A stretch of DNA of 64,000 nt. It comes from Nageia nagi. Lineage: Eukaryota > Plantae > Pinophyta. The notes beneath the pieces were generated by a model. The model had not been told where the DNA came from. It saw only the letters and a list, made by a program, of their open reading frames with translations, and ran no database searches. Location of the stretch: the NCBI GenBank assembly GCA_050084985.1, contig JBITNC010000001.1, forward strand, positions 41,540,001-41,604,000, in the 5' to 3' direction. Shown here one piece after another: positions 1 through 12,420 of this stretch. Position numbers and translations under genes: made by a program. Every line of letters begins with the position of its first letter. The first letter of the stretch is position 1.

Positions 1-207
1 TTACAATGTTTTGACAACTTTTGCAACTTTTTTACAACTTTTGCAATTTTTATAGATTTGCATAAATTAATTACACCAACTTTAACCGAGCATTAAACAC
101 ATTCTCAACATAAATGAACATCTCTATCCATACTCCAAACACTATATCACAACACCAACTAGATCCCATTGAGTGTATTAACAATAATGATAATATTTTG
201 CTCAATA
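1..207 (-). repeat. 3' LTR (partial) of the Sirevirus-like copia
   Basis: Collinear with 6740-6945. Ends ...ttgctcaata (CA decayed to TA), directly followed by the PPT complement atctccccattt. Confidence 0.9.
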
Positions 208-402
208 ATCTCCCCATTTAGAATTGTTGGCAACACACAAGTAAATACTTGTAACTCTTCTTCCCCTTTGACAACAATGAAAAATGGCTACTACAAACTC
301 CCCTTGAGTCCATACAAAATATTATTAGAAAAATATTAGTATTGATAGTAAAAATCACAAACAAGAGTAAAACTATAAGATAGTAAGAAAATGCCCCCCC
401 TA
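208..402 (-). other. Polypurine tract cluster (multi-PPT)
   Basis: atctccccattt (208-219), ttcccctttg (261-270), actccccttgag (~297-308) and gccccccctaag (~393-404), all purine runs on the minus strand upstream of the 3' LTR. Confidence 0.7.
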
Positions 403-3400
403 AGAATGTGGTCCTGAATGCTAGTCAATGCTTGGGAAGTGGAGTCACTCCAAACTTTTTGCAATGTACTCAAAAACTTCATTAAGCAATGGTTTTATAA
501 AAATATCTACTACCTACTCTTTTTTTGGGACAAATTTGAACTTGACCTCTCCTTTAACAATTTTCTCCTTCAAGAAATGACACTAAATGGCATTGTGTTT
601 TGTGCGAGAGTGCATTATTAGATTATTTGAAATGTTTATAACACTTGTATAATCACACTTTATTGAAATAGGATCACTAAAATGAATACCAAGATATTTT
701 ATATTTTCCTTCATCCAAAATACGTGGGTGCAACATGATACCATTGCAATATATTCTACTTCTATTATAGATAAGGATATTGACTCTTGCTTCTTACTAT
801 ACCATGCTACAAGTCTATCATCGAGATAAAATGCACCTCTACTAGTGATATTCCTATCATCCACATAACCTACCCAATCAACATCTGAATATGAAATAAG
901 TGTGAAATCCTTGCCTTTTAGGTACCAAAGAATATAATCCATTATTCTTTTGATATACCAAAAAATGCATTTTACTATTAAGACATGTGTTTCTTTCAAA
1001 CTTGATTGAAACCATGCAACCATGCAAATTGACTGTAAAATATCTAGTTGTGTGACCATCAAATACAATAAGCTCCCTATCATATATTTGTACATGGTTT
1101 GGTTGACTAGTGTGACTTGTCATCTTTTCTCAACTTGCAACCTATTTGCATTGGAGTGCTAACTGGCTTGCAATCCTCCATAATGAACTTCTTTATCATT
1201 TCTTTAGTATATTTGAGAAATGAAAATGCCATTCTTTAACTAATTTACTTGAACACCAAGAAAGTATGAGAGTTCACCTATCATGGAAATTTCAAACTCA
1301 CTTTACATTTGATTGGAAAAGTTTTTGCACAACTCATCTTTGCATCCTCAAAAATTGATATCATTTGCATACATAATAATAATGATTTGATAGTCCTTTT
1401 CAGTTTTTATATAAAGATTGCTATCAACCATAACCTTTTTAAAGCCTTGTTGTTAGAGAAAGGTATCCAATTGCACATACCAAGCATGAGGTGATTATTT
1501 TAGACCATACAATATTGTTTTTAGTTTACATACCATATTTGGATCCTCTTAAAGTTGAAAACCATTAGGTTGTTCAATGTAGACTTCCTCTTCCAATTTT
1601 CCATTTAACAATGTTGATTTTACATTCATTTGATATACTTTGAAGTTCTTATAAATGCAAGAGCAAAAAACATTTGAATTGCCTCAAGTCTAGCTACTGG
1701 TGCAAAAGTTTCTTCAAAATCAATACCTTCAACTTGTCCATATTCCTTGCATACTAATCTTGATTTATTTCTTACTACCTATCCATCTTCATTTAACTTA
1801 TTTTGAAAGATCCACTTTATGTTGATCACATTTTTATTTTTGGCCCTTAGTACTAGTTCCCATGTTTTATTTTTCTCGATTTGGTTTAATTCCTCTTCCA
1901 TTTATTTTATCCCACTTTCTTGATATGGTTTTTCTCAACCTTTTATTATAACACTTGTATGCTTTACTTTTTTTCAAATAGCCAAAAAATATACCTTCAT
2001 CTACTTTATCTTCTAATTTACCAAGATTTTTATCAGTTCTCATGATGTAGCATTTGCTTCCAAACACCTTGAAATATCTCACTATTACTTTTATATCAAG
2101 CCATAACTCATATGGTATCTTATTTTTACGTGGTATCAATAAGCATCTATTTTGAATGTATACTACTATGTGAACTGCTTCCTTCCAAAATTTGTCAGTT
2201 ATTTTTCTTTTAGTCAACATAGTTCTAGCCATTTCATGTACTGGTCTATTTTTTCTTTTCATAAATCCATTCTATTATGGTGTCCTTGGTACTTAAAAAC
2301 TATTTCTTGATACCATGCTCTAGATAATACTCTACAAAATCCTCTGATATAAACTTGCCTCCTTTGTCTGATCATAGGAACTTAATTTATCTTTCCATTT
2401 GATTCTCAACTTAGTTCTTGAATGCCTTAGACATGTCAAGAGCTTCTAATTTTTGCTTTGAATATTATACCCACATCATTATTGTATATTTATCAATTAA
2501 TAACATAAAATATTTATCACCATTTATGCTTTATATTCTCATGGGTCCACATAAGTATATATATATTAGTTCTAAAGGCTTGCTAGTATGATATTCTTTC
2601 ACTTTGAATTTAGCTCTGGTTTGCTTTCCTTTTTGACATGAAATCATAAATGGTACTGGATGGTTTTGTAATACTCGGTGTATCTCTCAAAGCCTTCTTT
2701 AAACATATTTTCACTAAATTATCAAAGCTAATATGCCCAAGTCTCTTATACCAAAGTTAATCTTCATCCTCCTTTCCAAGGAAACATGATCCCTTTGAAG
2801 TCTTTGTCAATGTATATAAATTTCTAGAAGTCTTTATGCCAACTATAACTAACCTATCACTATCCATTCTTCTAATTTCACATCCATATTTCTAGAATAT
2901 TACATCATGTCCTCTATCACAAATTTTATTGACACTTAACAAGCTATGTTTCATTTTGATCATAAATAATACTTCCTATGGCCTAATCTTTCCATCATTG
3001 ATATTGAATATGCCTCTTCCAATAATTTTTGCTCCATCATTATTGCTAAATTTTACTAATCCACCTTCATACTATTGCAGTTTCTCAAATCTTCTTTTAT
3101 CCTTGATCATATGGCTAGAACAACCACTATCTAGTATCCGTAGAGCTAGTTTATCCTGTGCTTTAAAAGTTGTTTGTACTATGAGTGATTCCTCATTATT
3201 ATTTGATTTCTCTTTATCCTTCCATATCTATTTTACTTTAGGTTTGATCTCTTTTACATGTTCTTCATTTTTTATTTCCTACATAAAGTTTTCTTGGATT
3301 TTTCTATCTTATCTCATGGATTGAAGTCTTCTATCTTGAATACTATTTGAATCAAATCTATTTCTACAAAATCTTGCTATGTGTCTAAAGTTATGACAAT

Positions 3401-5107
3401 TATAGCATTCTACTAGATATTCCATTAATGGTCTAAATGCATTCCTACTTACAAAAGTTCTTGGTGCAACATTAAATTTGCAATTTGATAACTTATGACC
3501 ATAAGCATTACATTTAAAATAATATCTATTAAAGGAAAGATTGAACATAATTTGTGTTCTTTTCCAAGAATTTATAGGTGCCATTAATTACCTTCTTCTT
3601 TGGTGGTAGAATTTTGTGAATCCATCATAAATATTCCTCTCTTTCCATGCATCCTGTTTTCCTAGTTTCTTTTCTTCTTTCTTGAAAACTATTGTATTCT
3701 CAATCACTCACATATTTGATTATTTCCCTTTTTTAAAATCTAAACCAAAATTGTATGAAGAATTTCATGGGGCTTTTATTATTTATCCCAACTTTATGGA
3801 ACTACCCTTAAGAACTTGATACGAATTAATTCTCTGAGTTATTTCTTCTGAGTGCATCCTCAAACCGACTATCTCCTCTTCAAAATTTATTGCAATTTTC
3901 AATTTTCATAGTAAGTTACACCTCTAGATCTTCATGTATTTTTTTGGATTCCTCAACTTGCAATTTCAAATTGCTATAATATCATTTGCATCATCAAGTC
4001 TTCTTTATATCTTTTTATGCATTTTCCTTTTCTTTTTTAATTCATCAAAGGCTGCAATTAGTTCACCTTCTAGATCAAATTTTTCCTTTTCTTCCTTTTT
4101 TGATTGTTTAGCTTCAAATGCCTTAAATAATACTTCATTACGTTCTTCCTTAGACTCACCATTAGTACTCTCATTTGATGAAATTGCATTTTTTGTTATG
4201 ATGCTCCTTTTCTTTGGTTTCTTCCTTTTAAAATTGGATTTCTTCTTGTTGCTTCTTTCTTTGTATGAGTATTCCTCATTATTGTTCTTTTTCTTGTAAG
4301 GAAATTTAGCTATAAAATGTCCAAAATATCTAAAATTGAAATATTTAAATGGCAATTTTCCTTTAAATTTCCCTTTCCTCTTTTTAATTTATGAAAAAAA
4401 TTTACTTCCATATGGTCAGATAGCTCTTCTTCCTCTAAAGTTGATTTTACTATTGCATTTTTTGTGCTTTAAATGTTATTTTTCTATCAATGGGTTTTAT
4501 TTTTTTTATTCTCATTTCATATATAGTTAATGAACCATGCATTTCATCCATACTAAAACTATTCAAATCTTTAGCTTCTTCTATTGCTAAGACTTTAAAA
4601 TCAAATCTAGGAGGAAGAGACATAAATACCTTTTTTCACAATGATGGAATCCTCTATTTTTTCAATAAGTCTTCAAATTGCATTGATAACCTCATTGAAT
4701 CACAACATGTAAGCCTCTATGGTCTCATCTTCATTCATATTGAGTGCTTCAAACTAAGATCGATGAGTCTACGAATTAGCTTCTTTAATCTTATCATCAC
4801 CTTCATGAATGCTTTTCAACTTATCCCATATTTATTTCATTATCTTGAATCCCATCAATTTTACAAGTTCATTGTTGACTAAGCTACACATAAGTGCATT
4901 TTTTTCTCTGGCATCATACTCAAATAGCTTCTTTGCTACATCATCGACTAGAGGAGTAGAAGGTATTGTGTATTCATTTTTGAATGCATCCCATATAATG
5001 TATCCTAATGCATAAAGATATGTTTCCATTATGATTATCCAAAAAACATAATTTGTTCCATCAAATAATGATTATTTGTTCGATGAAAAACCTTTTCCAC
5101 TGACCAT
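400..5107 (-). pseudogene. copia gag-pol polyprotein remnant
   Basis: Starts MVSGKGFSSNK*SLFDGTNYVFW..METYL (gag N-terminus). Zinc knuckles at 3309-3584 and ~4300-4355. Integrase EMARTML...FW.EAV (1867-2262). RT MEEELNQIEKNKTWELV (~1860-1910). RNase H YSDVDWVG..DDR...EVEYIA...CD.TS (583-1095). Many stops and frameshifts. Confidence 0.92.
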
Positions 5108-5160
5108 AGTGTCATAGACTTAAGATCTATCATAGTTGATAAAGCTAAACCTGGGAACCC

Positions 5161-5172
5161 ACTTTGATACCA
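5161..5172 (-). other. Primer binding site, tRNA-iMet type
   Basis: Minus strand reads TGGTATCAAAGT, versus the canonical TGGTATCAGAGC, 2 nt from the LTR edge. Confidence 0.85.
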
Positions 5173-5174
5173 CT

Positions 5175-6945
5175 TATTGAACTATGTGTGACATTGAGAG
5201 TGGGGGTGAAGAAGTGTGAATTAAAAATTTAACCAACTATAAAATTCTAGCAATCAAACACACTCACAAAAAGTATGCATCACATAACAAAATATTTATA
5301 GTGGAAACCTGATGTGGAAAAAATCACTATGCTAATGGACTACTTGGGATCCCACCCAAATCTAGTTGAAAATAAAATGGATAGAATTTTACAAATTTTT
5401 GCAACACCCACTATGATTATGGTACCAAACAACTAAATATTTTGTAGCACCCACTACATGGTGCTCTAATCCTAATTTTCAAACACCCAATCAGTAAGAT
5501 CTCAAAGCTGTAGCAAAAATGAATCCAATTCTTGAAGATCTTGAATGGTCTTGCTCAACTTCAATCTCTTCTCACACTGATTATCTCAATTAAACTACAC
5601 TTCAACAATCTAAAAGCTGATTCTATACACACTCAACAAAAATATTTTCCACAAGCTCAATAAAAACACTCAAAATAAAATTGCAAATTCATACCACAAG
5701 ATGATGTTTTTAGCTCTCAATGACATTTCCCATAGGAGACATGATGAACTTATAGATCTTCAAATTTTGCACACTCTAGAAAAATAATGGGATTAAATGA
5801 ATTCATAGATAAAAAGTTATATCCAAAATTGTGAGACATCCTTCATTATCTCTTTTCACTCTTTGCTTAAGAAAAAAAACACTTCTTTTTGTAACTCCTT
5901 CTCAATAAGTTTGTTGACCATTTCTATTTACACGTATACCTCTAAAATGTCATTATTTTGTTGTGTCACTTAATTTTAATAAATATGATTTTTTTAAAAA
6001 TTACACTATGTAGTATATAGTCATATATTTCAATAATGTAAAATACACCAAACCATCACATTTTAAAGAGACATTTTGTCAAACACTTCACAACTAAAGT
6101 ATGGACACCTTGCACAAACTCATATCTTAGGACCCAAAATTGAGATGGTTCAAAATGCAAAGTTGCTCATTTTGATAAGCTAATCATAAATAAACCATTA
6201 GATTTTGAAATTTAGAACAAAACATAAAGGATTTTACCATTTTATCACTATCTTACAAAACTATCCAAAATTAAAAAAAGTGAGAAATTATCTTTTTGTA
6301 ATACATACCATTTCTTCCTCAAATGTCTATTTGATTTGAAATTTGAAATTTATGCATATATTAGTGCCAAATACCTCCAATTAAAAGTTTTTAGTCTAGC
6401 TCCATATGGGTTTCTTAATATTCCACCTATAAAGTGGCATTTGGGTCACTTTTTTTGATACTGAATCAACACTGCAACTCCACTTCCAAATGAAAAATAA
6501 GGCTCCAAATGATATGTTGGGCTATCCAATATAGTCCATTGGCATATATGTGCAACATTTTCATTTTTTTGTATTTTTTGCAACTTTTACAACTTTAACA
6601 TGTTTTGACAACTTTTGCATCTTTTGAAATTTTGCAAAAACATGCTGCAACAACTTTTCCTAAGCATTGAACATATACATGCATGCACCAAACATCTCCA
6701 AATAAGCTCCAAACAAATTTTTGATAAATTTTGCAAGTTTTACAATATTTTGCAAACTTTTGCAACTTTTTGACAACTTTTGCAATTTTTGTAGATTTGC
6801 ACAAATTAATTGCATCAACTTTAACTAAGCATCAAACACATCATCAACATCATTGACCATATCTATCATTCTCCAAACACTATATCACAACACCAACTGG
6901 TTACCATTGAGTTTATTGACAATAATGAAAATACTTTGCTTTACA
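5175..6945 (-). repeat. 5' LTR (~1.77 kb) of the Sirevirus-like copia
   Basis: Begins tattga (decayed TGTTGA) after the PBS and ends ...gctttaca at 6945. Its distal part matches 1-207. Confidence 0.85.
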
Positions 6946-8638
6946 CATAATTAGGTTCTAATCATAACTACCAAGTAACACATATCAAAGGATAATGGTT
7001 CTCTTAATATTGATATTTATTTGGATTTTCCCTATTTACTTTCTATATGTAAATAGCTTATTATGAATCTATTCAAACCTTATATTCAATACTAAATATT
7101 TTTAACCAATTGCAAATTATTTATTATTATGATCTATATGACATAGTGAATATCTTATTAGGTTTTCAAACTATGATTATCGAGTATAAAACCATTTAAC
7201 TCAACATATTCATAATACTTTCACATTAATTCAAGTTATTATGATTCTATATTTGAACTTATAAACTACTGATCAAAACTTTCATCATAATTGTTATCCT
7301 AATTTGTATAGGGTACATTTAATAAAACCCCATATTACATGGTGGATTATTAATACCAACAAGGTACATGAACTAGGTTCATTATAAAGTCTTATTATAA
7401 TTTATTTCTCATCATAATCTATGTTCTCATAAATTCTTTACTAGGTTTATCTAACCATGAACAAAGTTCACTTAATATGGTCTTACCTTGTTAATACAAA
7501 ATACCTCATAAGAAGTTAATTCAAAATTTATACACATAAGTTTAAGAATGATCCTATCTATAATATTTGAAAACCTAAATTTTGTAGGAGGTATTCATAT
7601 AATCATATGTTATTTTCTCTAATGTAGAAGACTCCTCTTTGTATTAATTACATCTCATATTTAGTTTTGATAACAAAAGAAATAGTGCATTCATCATGAA
7701 CTCAAATCATTCTCCATCAACATTAAGGATTTGATTAACATGGGAAACTCTTGATGTAATGTCAAACAACAAACCCATAAACATGAGGCTGCATCCAACA
7801 AGAATTATATTATTTGAAACTAATGAAATACATCATAGTGTGAATATTTTAATACATCATGAAAGAACACACAATGGTCTTAAAAATTATTTATGAAGAG
7901 AAATTTTCTTCATGCATTATCTTGGTGTAAGTCCCCTTTATCTTTGGAGTTCTTCATCAAGATTGGTTTAATATTTATGGATAGTGCCTTGATTCTCAAT
8001 ATTCAAACATCATCCCACACATCAAATTTTTTATTTCATACCCCAATTCTCTTTTGTTTTTACAAATACCCCATGCCCTTGATATTAAGGTATAACAATA
8101 TGAAGTAGTTTATCATATAAAATATTTTCTTCACTCGAAAGCATTAATATAAATCCATGATCATGTTTTATTATTTTTTGGTACCCATATTGAACACAAG
8201 AATTAAACCTTTATTACTAAAAGGTAATGCTTTATACTCTCATAAATAATAATGGATGTTAAATAATATTTGTCAAGAATTTAGCTACTGATATAACTTC
8301 AACTAATATATACACCCTTACTATGTATAAAATTTACCAAAAATAGAGGTTCAAAATAATACCTACATTTCAAAGTTATTGTATATTCCACCAATAAAAT
8401 ATTATATGAATATAAAAATGATTATATGGGTTGGCAAATTTATTGATATATTAAATGTATCTAGCAAGTACTTACTTTTTGTAGAGTTTATAAGGTGATA
8501 ATATTTTTTGAAGCTTCTTTTGCATACTTAAAATAGAATGGATCAAGAATTAATTCATTTTTTGTGGAATTGGTTAAGTGGTAATCATGCTAAGGTACAA
8601 GTTCAATGTTTAATTTCCTTTCATTTTGAGACATACAT

Positions 8639-9810
8639 CTATGAGTCAAAATCCTTGTACCTGGACCACTCAAACACCTATGAGCAATTCAAGAATCTTA
8701 AAACATTTGCATCTAATTTTCTTATGTTAATTATTGAAAAGATTGAAAATGATAGGATTTACCAATTTTCCTTTGTGCTTCAATTATGCAATGTGGTATC
8801 TATACCTAAAAGGAAAATAAAAAGATTATGGAAGACTTAAAATCATAAGTCCTTTAGACCTTGTGACCATCCAAGTGGGTTGAAACCCCAAATCAAAAGG
8901 GTTGCAAGCCTCTTTTTTCCAATCAAGAGGAGGATAGAAAATATTAAAATGCCTATGATACAAATATGATATTAAAGTATAGACTAGAAAAAAAGCTTGT
9001 GTAAACAAATGTGATAATGCTAATTGACAATGATTTGACAATGCTATGATAAAGATTGACCAAAACCTACAAATGCATAAATATTATCTTAAATGATTAC
9101 ACATGACAATGATAATAATGGATATAAGGTAAAGAACCCTATATATAATGCTAGTAATGCTTATTGAACAATAAAGATATTCAAACCCTAAGGTTTAAAC
9201 CTTAAAGGTAAAAAAACCTAGGTTGAATCCAAGTATGAATTTAGACTAAATACAACTATATGCCAAATAATTATGAATGTACAATTAAATAAAGGATACA
9301 ATTCTATAATGGAGATTGTTTGAAGTTTTAAACATGCAAAAACCCATGCAATCCATGATGAATGACATAAGCAACCTCAATTTACCAAAAGATACCTCAA
9401 TCCATGGAGCATGGAGAAGTGTTCCCAAGGTGTAAAGAGGTAATCTCAAGTCTTGATATAACCCTTTGAAAAATTGATGTCATAGGTATTGATGTATGTA
9501 GTAAATTGTAAGAGTTACAAAGCTTGTGTAAAGGTGTGTATAGAAATAAGAGTCTCAAAAAGTGATCCTAGATTGGATTTTAAAAACCTTAACCAGGATC
9601 ATCCACATGACTGTATGACCTATAGGATTGTTTGGGAGACTAGAACCAAAGTGTTAAGAATAATGTAAAGGCCAAAATAGTGTTGGTCAACCTAGTTGAA
9701 AGTGCTATAAACACACATTAGCTAGACATGAGAGTATATGATATGATAAATGACATAAATGTTAGTATAACCCTATCAACAATGCAAAATATGATTTTAG
9801 GATGTTTACA
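8639..9810 (-). repeat. 3' LTR of the Tat/Ogre element
   Basis: atgagtcaaaatccttg...ggatgtttaca aligns with 25845-26845. Followed by attacccctttt (PPT complement). Outer TG end is not recognisable. Confidence 0.9.
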
Positions 9811-11789
9811 ATTACCCCTTTTTATGCTAAGCTCCGAACATGTGAGAAGCTGAGTACAAAAACATGTTAGATAGTAAACTGATAATCAATAATGATAAAT
9901 GATAGCAAAACTATTAGGATGAGAGCTAGTTTTGGTGCATGATAGGTCATATTAGATCATCCTAATCACTTGACTCAAGTTCAGTTTTGGCACATGATAA
10001 TTCATATAGGACAAAATTGATCACCATGAAGATCCAATGAAGTCTATTTTGATGCATGATAGGCCATATAAGATGAAATTGAACCTCATGATAATGACTT
10101 GTGATAAAATATAACAAGTGGATCAAATAGCCATTAGAATAATAAACCAAAAATTTATTTTAATCTAATTTAATCTAATCTAAGCATGGAAAGGGAAATG
10201 ATATCTACTTTGCTTCAACATTTGAAGGGTGACATGAAAGGAAATGATCTCTACTTTGCCCCAACAATTGAAGGGTAATATAATCTTTGCTTTTCCCCAA
10301 CAATTGAAGGGAAGGATAGTAGGCTTGCAAACCTACCAAGCATGGGGCAATAGCATGGAGGCATATGACACTTATACCAAAATGAGAAATCCAAACATGA
10401 TGATGTATGAGTATGTTGATCATCAATCAATCATGTCAATTTGGTAATTATCTAGCAAACACTTATGATGTAAGAAATGTTGACCATGCATTGGATATGC
10501 CCCTAATGAATTCAATGATGTACCTACTAAAAGTGCAAAAATTTGATCAATTCAAAATTGTGTGTGAAGCTCTTCCCCTCAAACAAGGTGTGATGGATGA
10601 TAAGAAAGGATACCTAACCATTTGAATGAATGGATAAGAAAATGATGATCATGATCAAAGGTTTACAAATTGAGATCTAAAAAGAGCAAATTATCTAGGT
10701 GATTACAAGTCATCCAAGCGATTAGGGTTTGAGTGAATTGTACATATGATTGGATGTCTCTAGGATGATCTAATTAGGAAAAAAATGAAAAATAAAAAGG
10801 AAAAAGACTAGGGTTTAACTATTTATTATTGAAAAGAGACATAAAATACTGTGAATATGGATAAAAAAACTTAGGAAACTAAAGAGGATGGATTGTAGTT
10901 GAAAGAAACATGTTAGAGACTACATAAGTGGCTACTATAGAACCAAGACTAGGAGGAGGTCCACCTAGTGATGAGCTGCTAGCCAAAAATATAGGTTGAA
11001 GAACCCCTCCATTTTTATTGGTAAGTAGTATTAAAGAAACATTTACTAAATTATCAATCTCAAGAATAGTTTAATAGGAGTTACTCATGCTAGTATAGTG
11101 TTTTTAAAACCCTTGAACACCAAACTAGGATGGAAACATGTAGGTAAAACATAGATAATGCATAATCCATTAGTGTTGTGATTACCAAGTTATGGATGAA
11201 ATTGAAGAGCTACAGGGCACACTAATCGTATCCAAAAATTGTATATCATCCAATAATTATAGGCCATGAGACTATGGATGGATCAAATGCCATGTGAAAT
11301 AAATAATGAACTATATAACCAATCATAACTCATAGATCAAGGAACCCATAACCATAATAATTAATGAAAAACCACATTAAGACTATGCTTGATAGATAAT
11401 TTAGATGTATTTTGTTTTATGATATGTAAGTTTATTATAGTTATGCATTTTAAAATTTCAATTTTTATGCTTAGGCATGTTATTTTTTCAAAATTAACTA
11501 ATTAAAAATCGTCCAACACCTAGGCAGCCCAATTTAGGGGTCATCTGAGTGAAGGATGACTATGTAAATTGTCCAAGCAATTGGACCAATAATCCAAGAC
11601 CTAGATGAATAGGTTAAACTAGTCTCCCCTAAATAGGGAGATTTTGACTTAAGCAAGATAAACCAAAAATGAAAAGTGAAAACCTATATGAAAACTTAAA
11701 TAAACATCCTAGGTGAAACATAGGACTAACATAAATGTAGAGACAACTATTGTAGAAGTAGATAATACAAAAATAACTAACAAACCTCA

Positions 11790-12420
11790 AAATTTATCCC
11801 AAATGAAACTCAAGCATAAATTTCGATCACTGTGGATGGAGGTTAGAGTGACACTAACATAAGTGGACTAGAATTGGCTAGATATAATAGGGCTAATTGG
11901 ATCCATCAAGATTCTTAATACATGATCACATTTAATGAGTAGTTTGATCTTGATAGATGCATGTTTTTGATCCTAATAGGGGAGATGACTATGAAATTGG
12001 AGGATGTCTACTGAATATTTTGGGTACCATTAAAGGATGAGCTAATTATGGTTATGATAGATAGGGTAATGATCTATCCATATGTTAATGAGGGCTATGG
12101 GACCTAGGACCTCCTGAATGTAAGGGTACTCATAGCATCCCTCTATCAAGATGGTTTCCTAGGGTGACTAGAGGCCATGGCCATGTTGCTAATTTCCTCA
12201 TTTATGCTAACAAATTCCTTAGGACCTAGGTTCTCATGGAATATGTTTGAGGTTGTGACAAGGATGGTATAAGAGAGCACTATGTTCATATGGGGGCCAA
12301 CCCTACTATCCCAAACTTATGGTGAGCTAGTGGTAGCAGCTCGTAGCAGGAGAGGTGTGATTACCCCATTACTCCTTCAGGTGTGGTCCTAGGAGTACAT
12401 TCATCCAAGGAGGCCAAATG
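11790..12420 (+). pseudogene. Plant Mobile Domain (PMD, PF10536-like) ORF, antisense to gag-pol
   Basis: One frame from 11946 reads DLDRCMFLILIGEMTMKLEDVY*IFWVPLKDEL...MLLISSFMLTNSLG...MFIWGPTLLSQTYGEL...PLLLQVWS*EYIHPRRP. This matches the PMD motifs GE(M)T(I)TLEDV, WG.A.LA.LY..L and LQ.W.WE. Confidence 0.85.

Larger units (their letters stand above)
1..6945 (-). mobile_element. Ty1/copia LTR retrotransposon, Sirevirus(SIRE)-like, decayed; left (3') LTR runs off the window
   Basis: 1-207 matches 6740-6945 (two LTRs). PBS at 5161-5172 and several PPT-like runs at 208-402. Gag-PR-INT-RT-RH order on the minus strand. The ttcacccccactctc motif near the inner LTR end (5196-5210, minus) resembles the Sirevirus ATTCACCCCCCCTCT signature. 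Confidence 0.9.

Noticed and set aside
6946-8579. Possible LINE ORF1 (DUF4283/zinc knuckle) or copia RT remnant on the minus strand
   Set aside because: Only faint, conflicting motifs (W.K.FD-like, H.RK.HM-like, FEM). Too degraded to call without a profile search.
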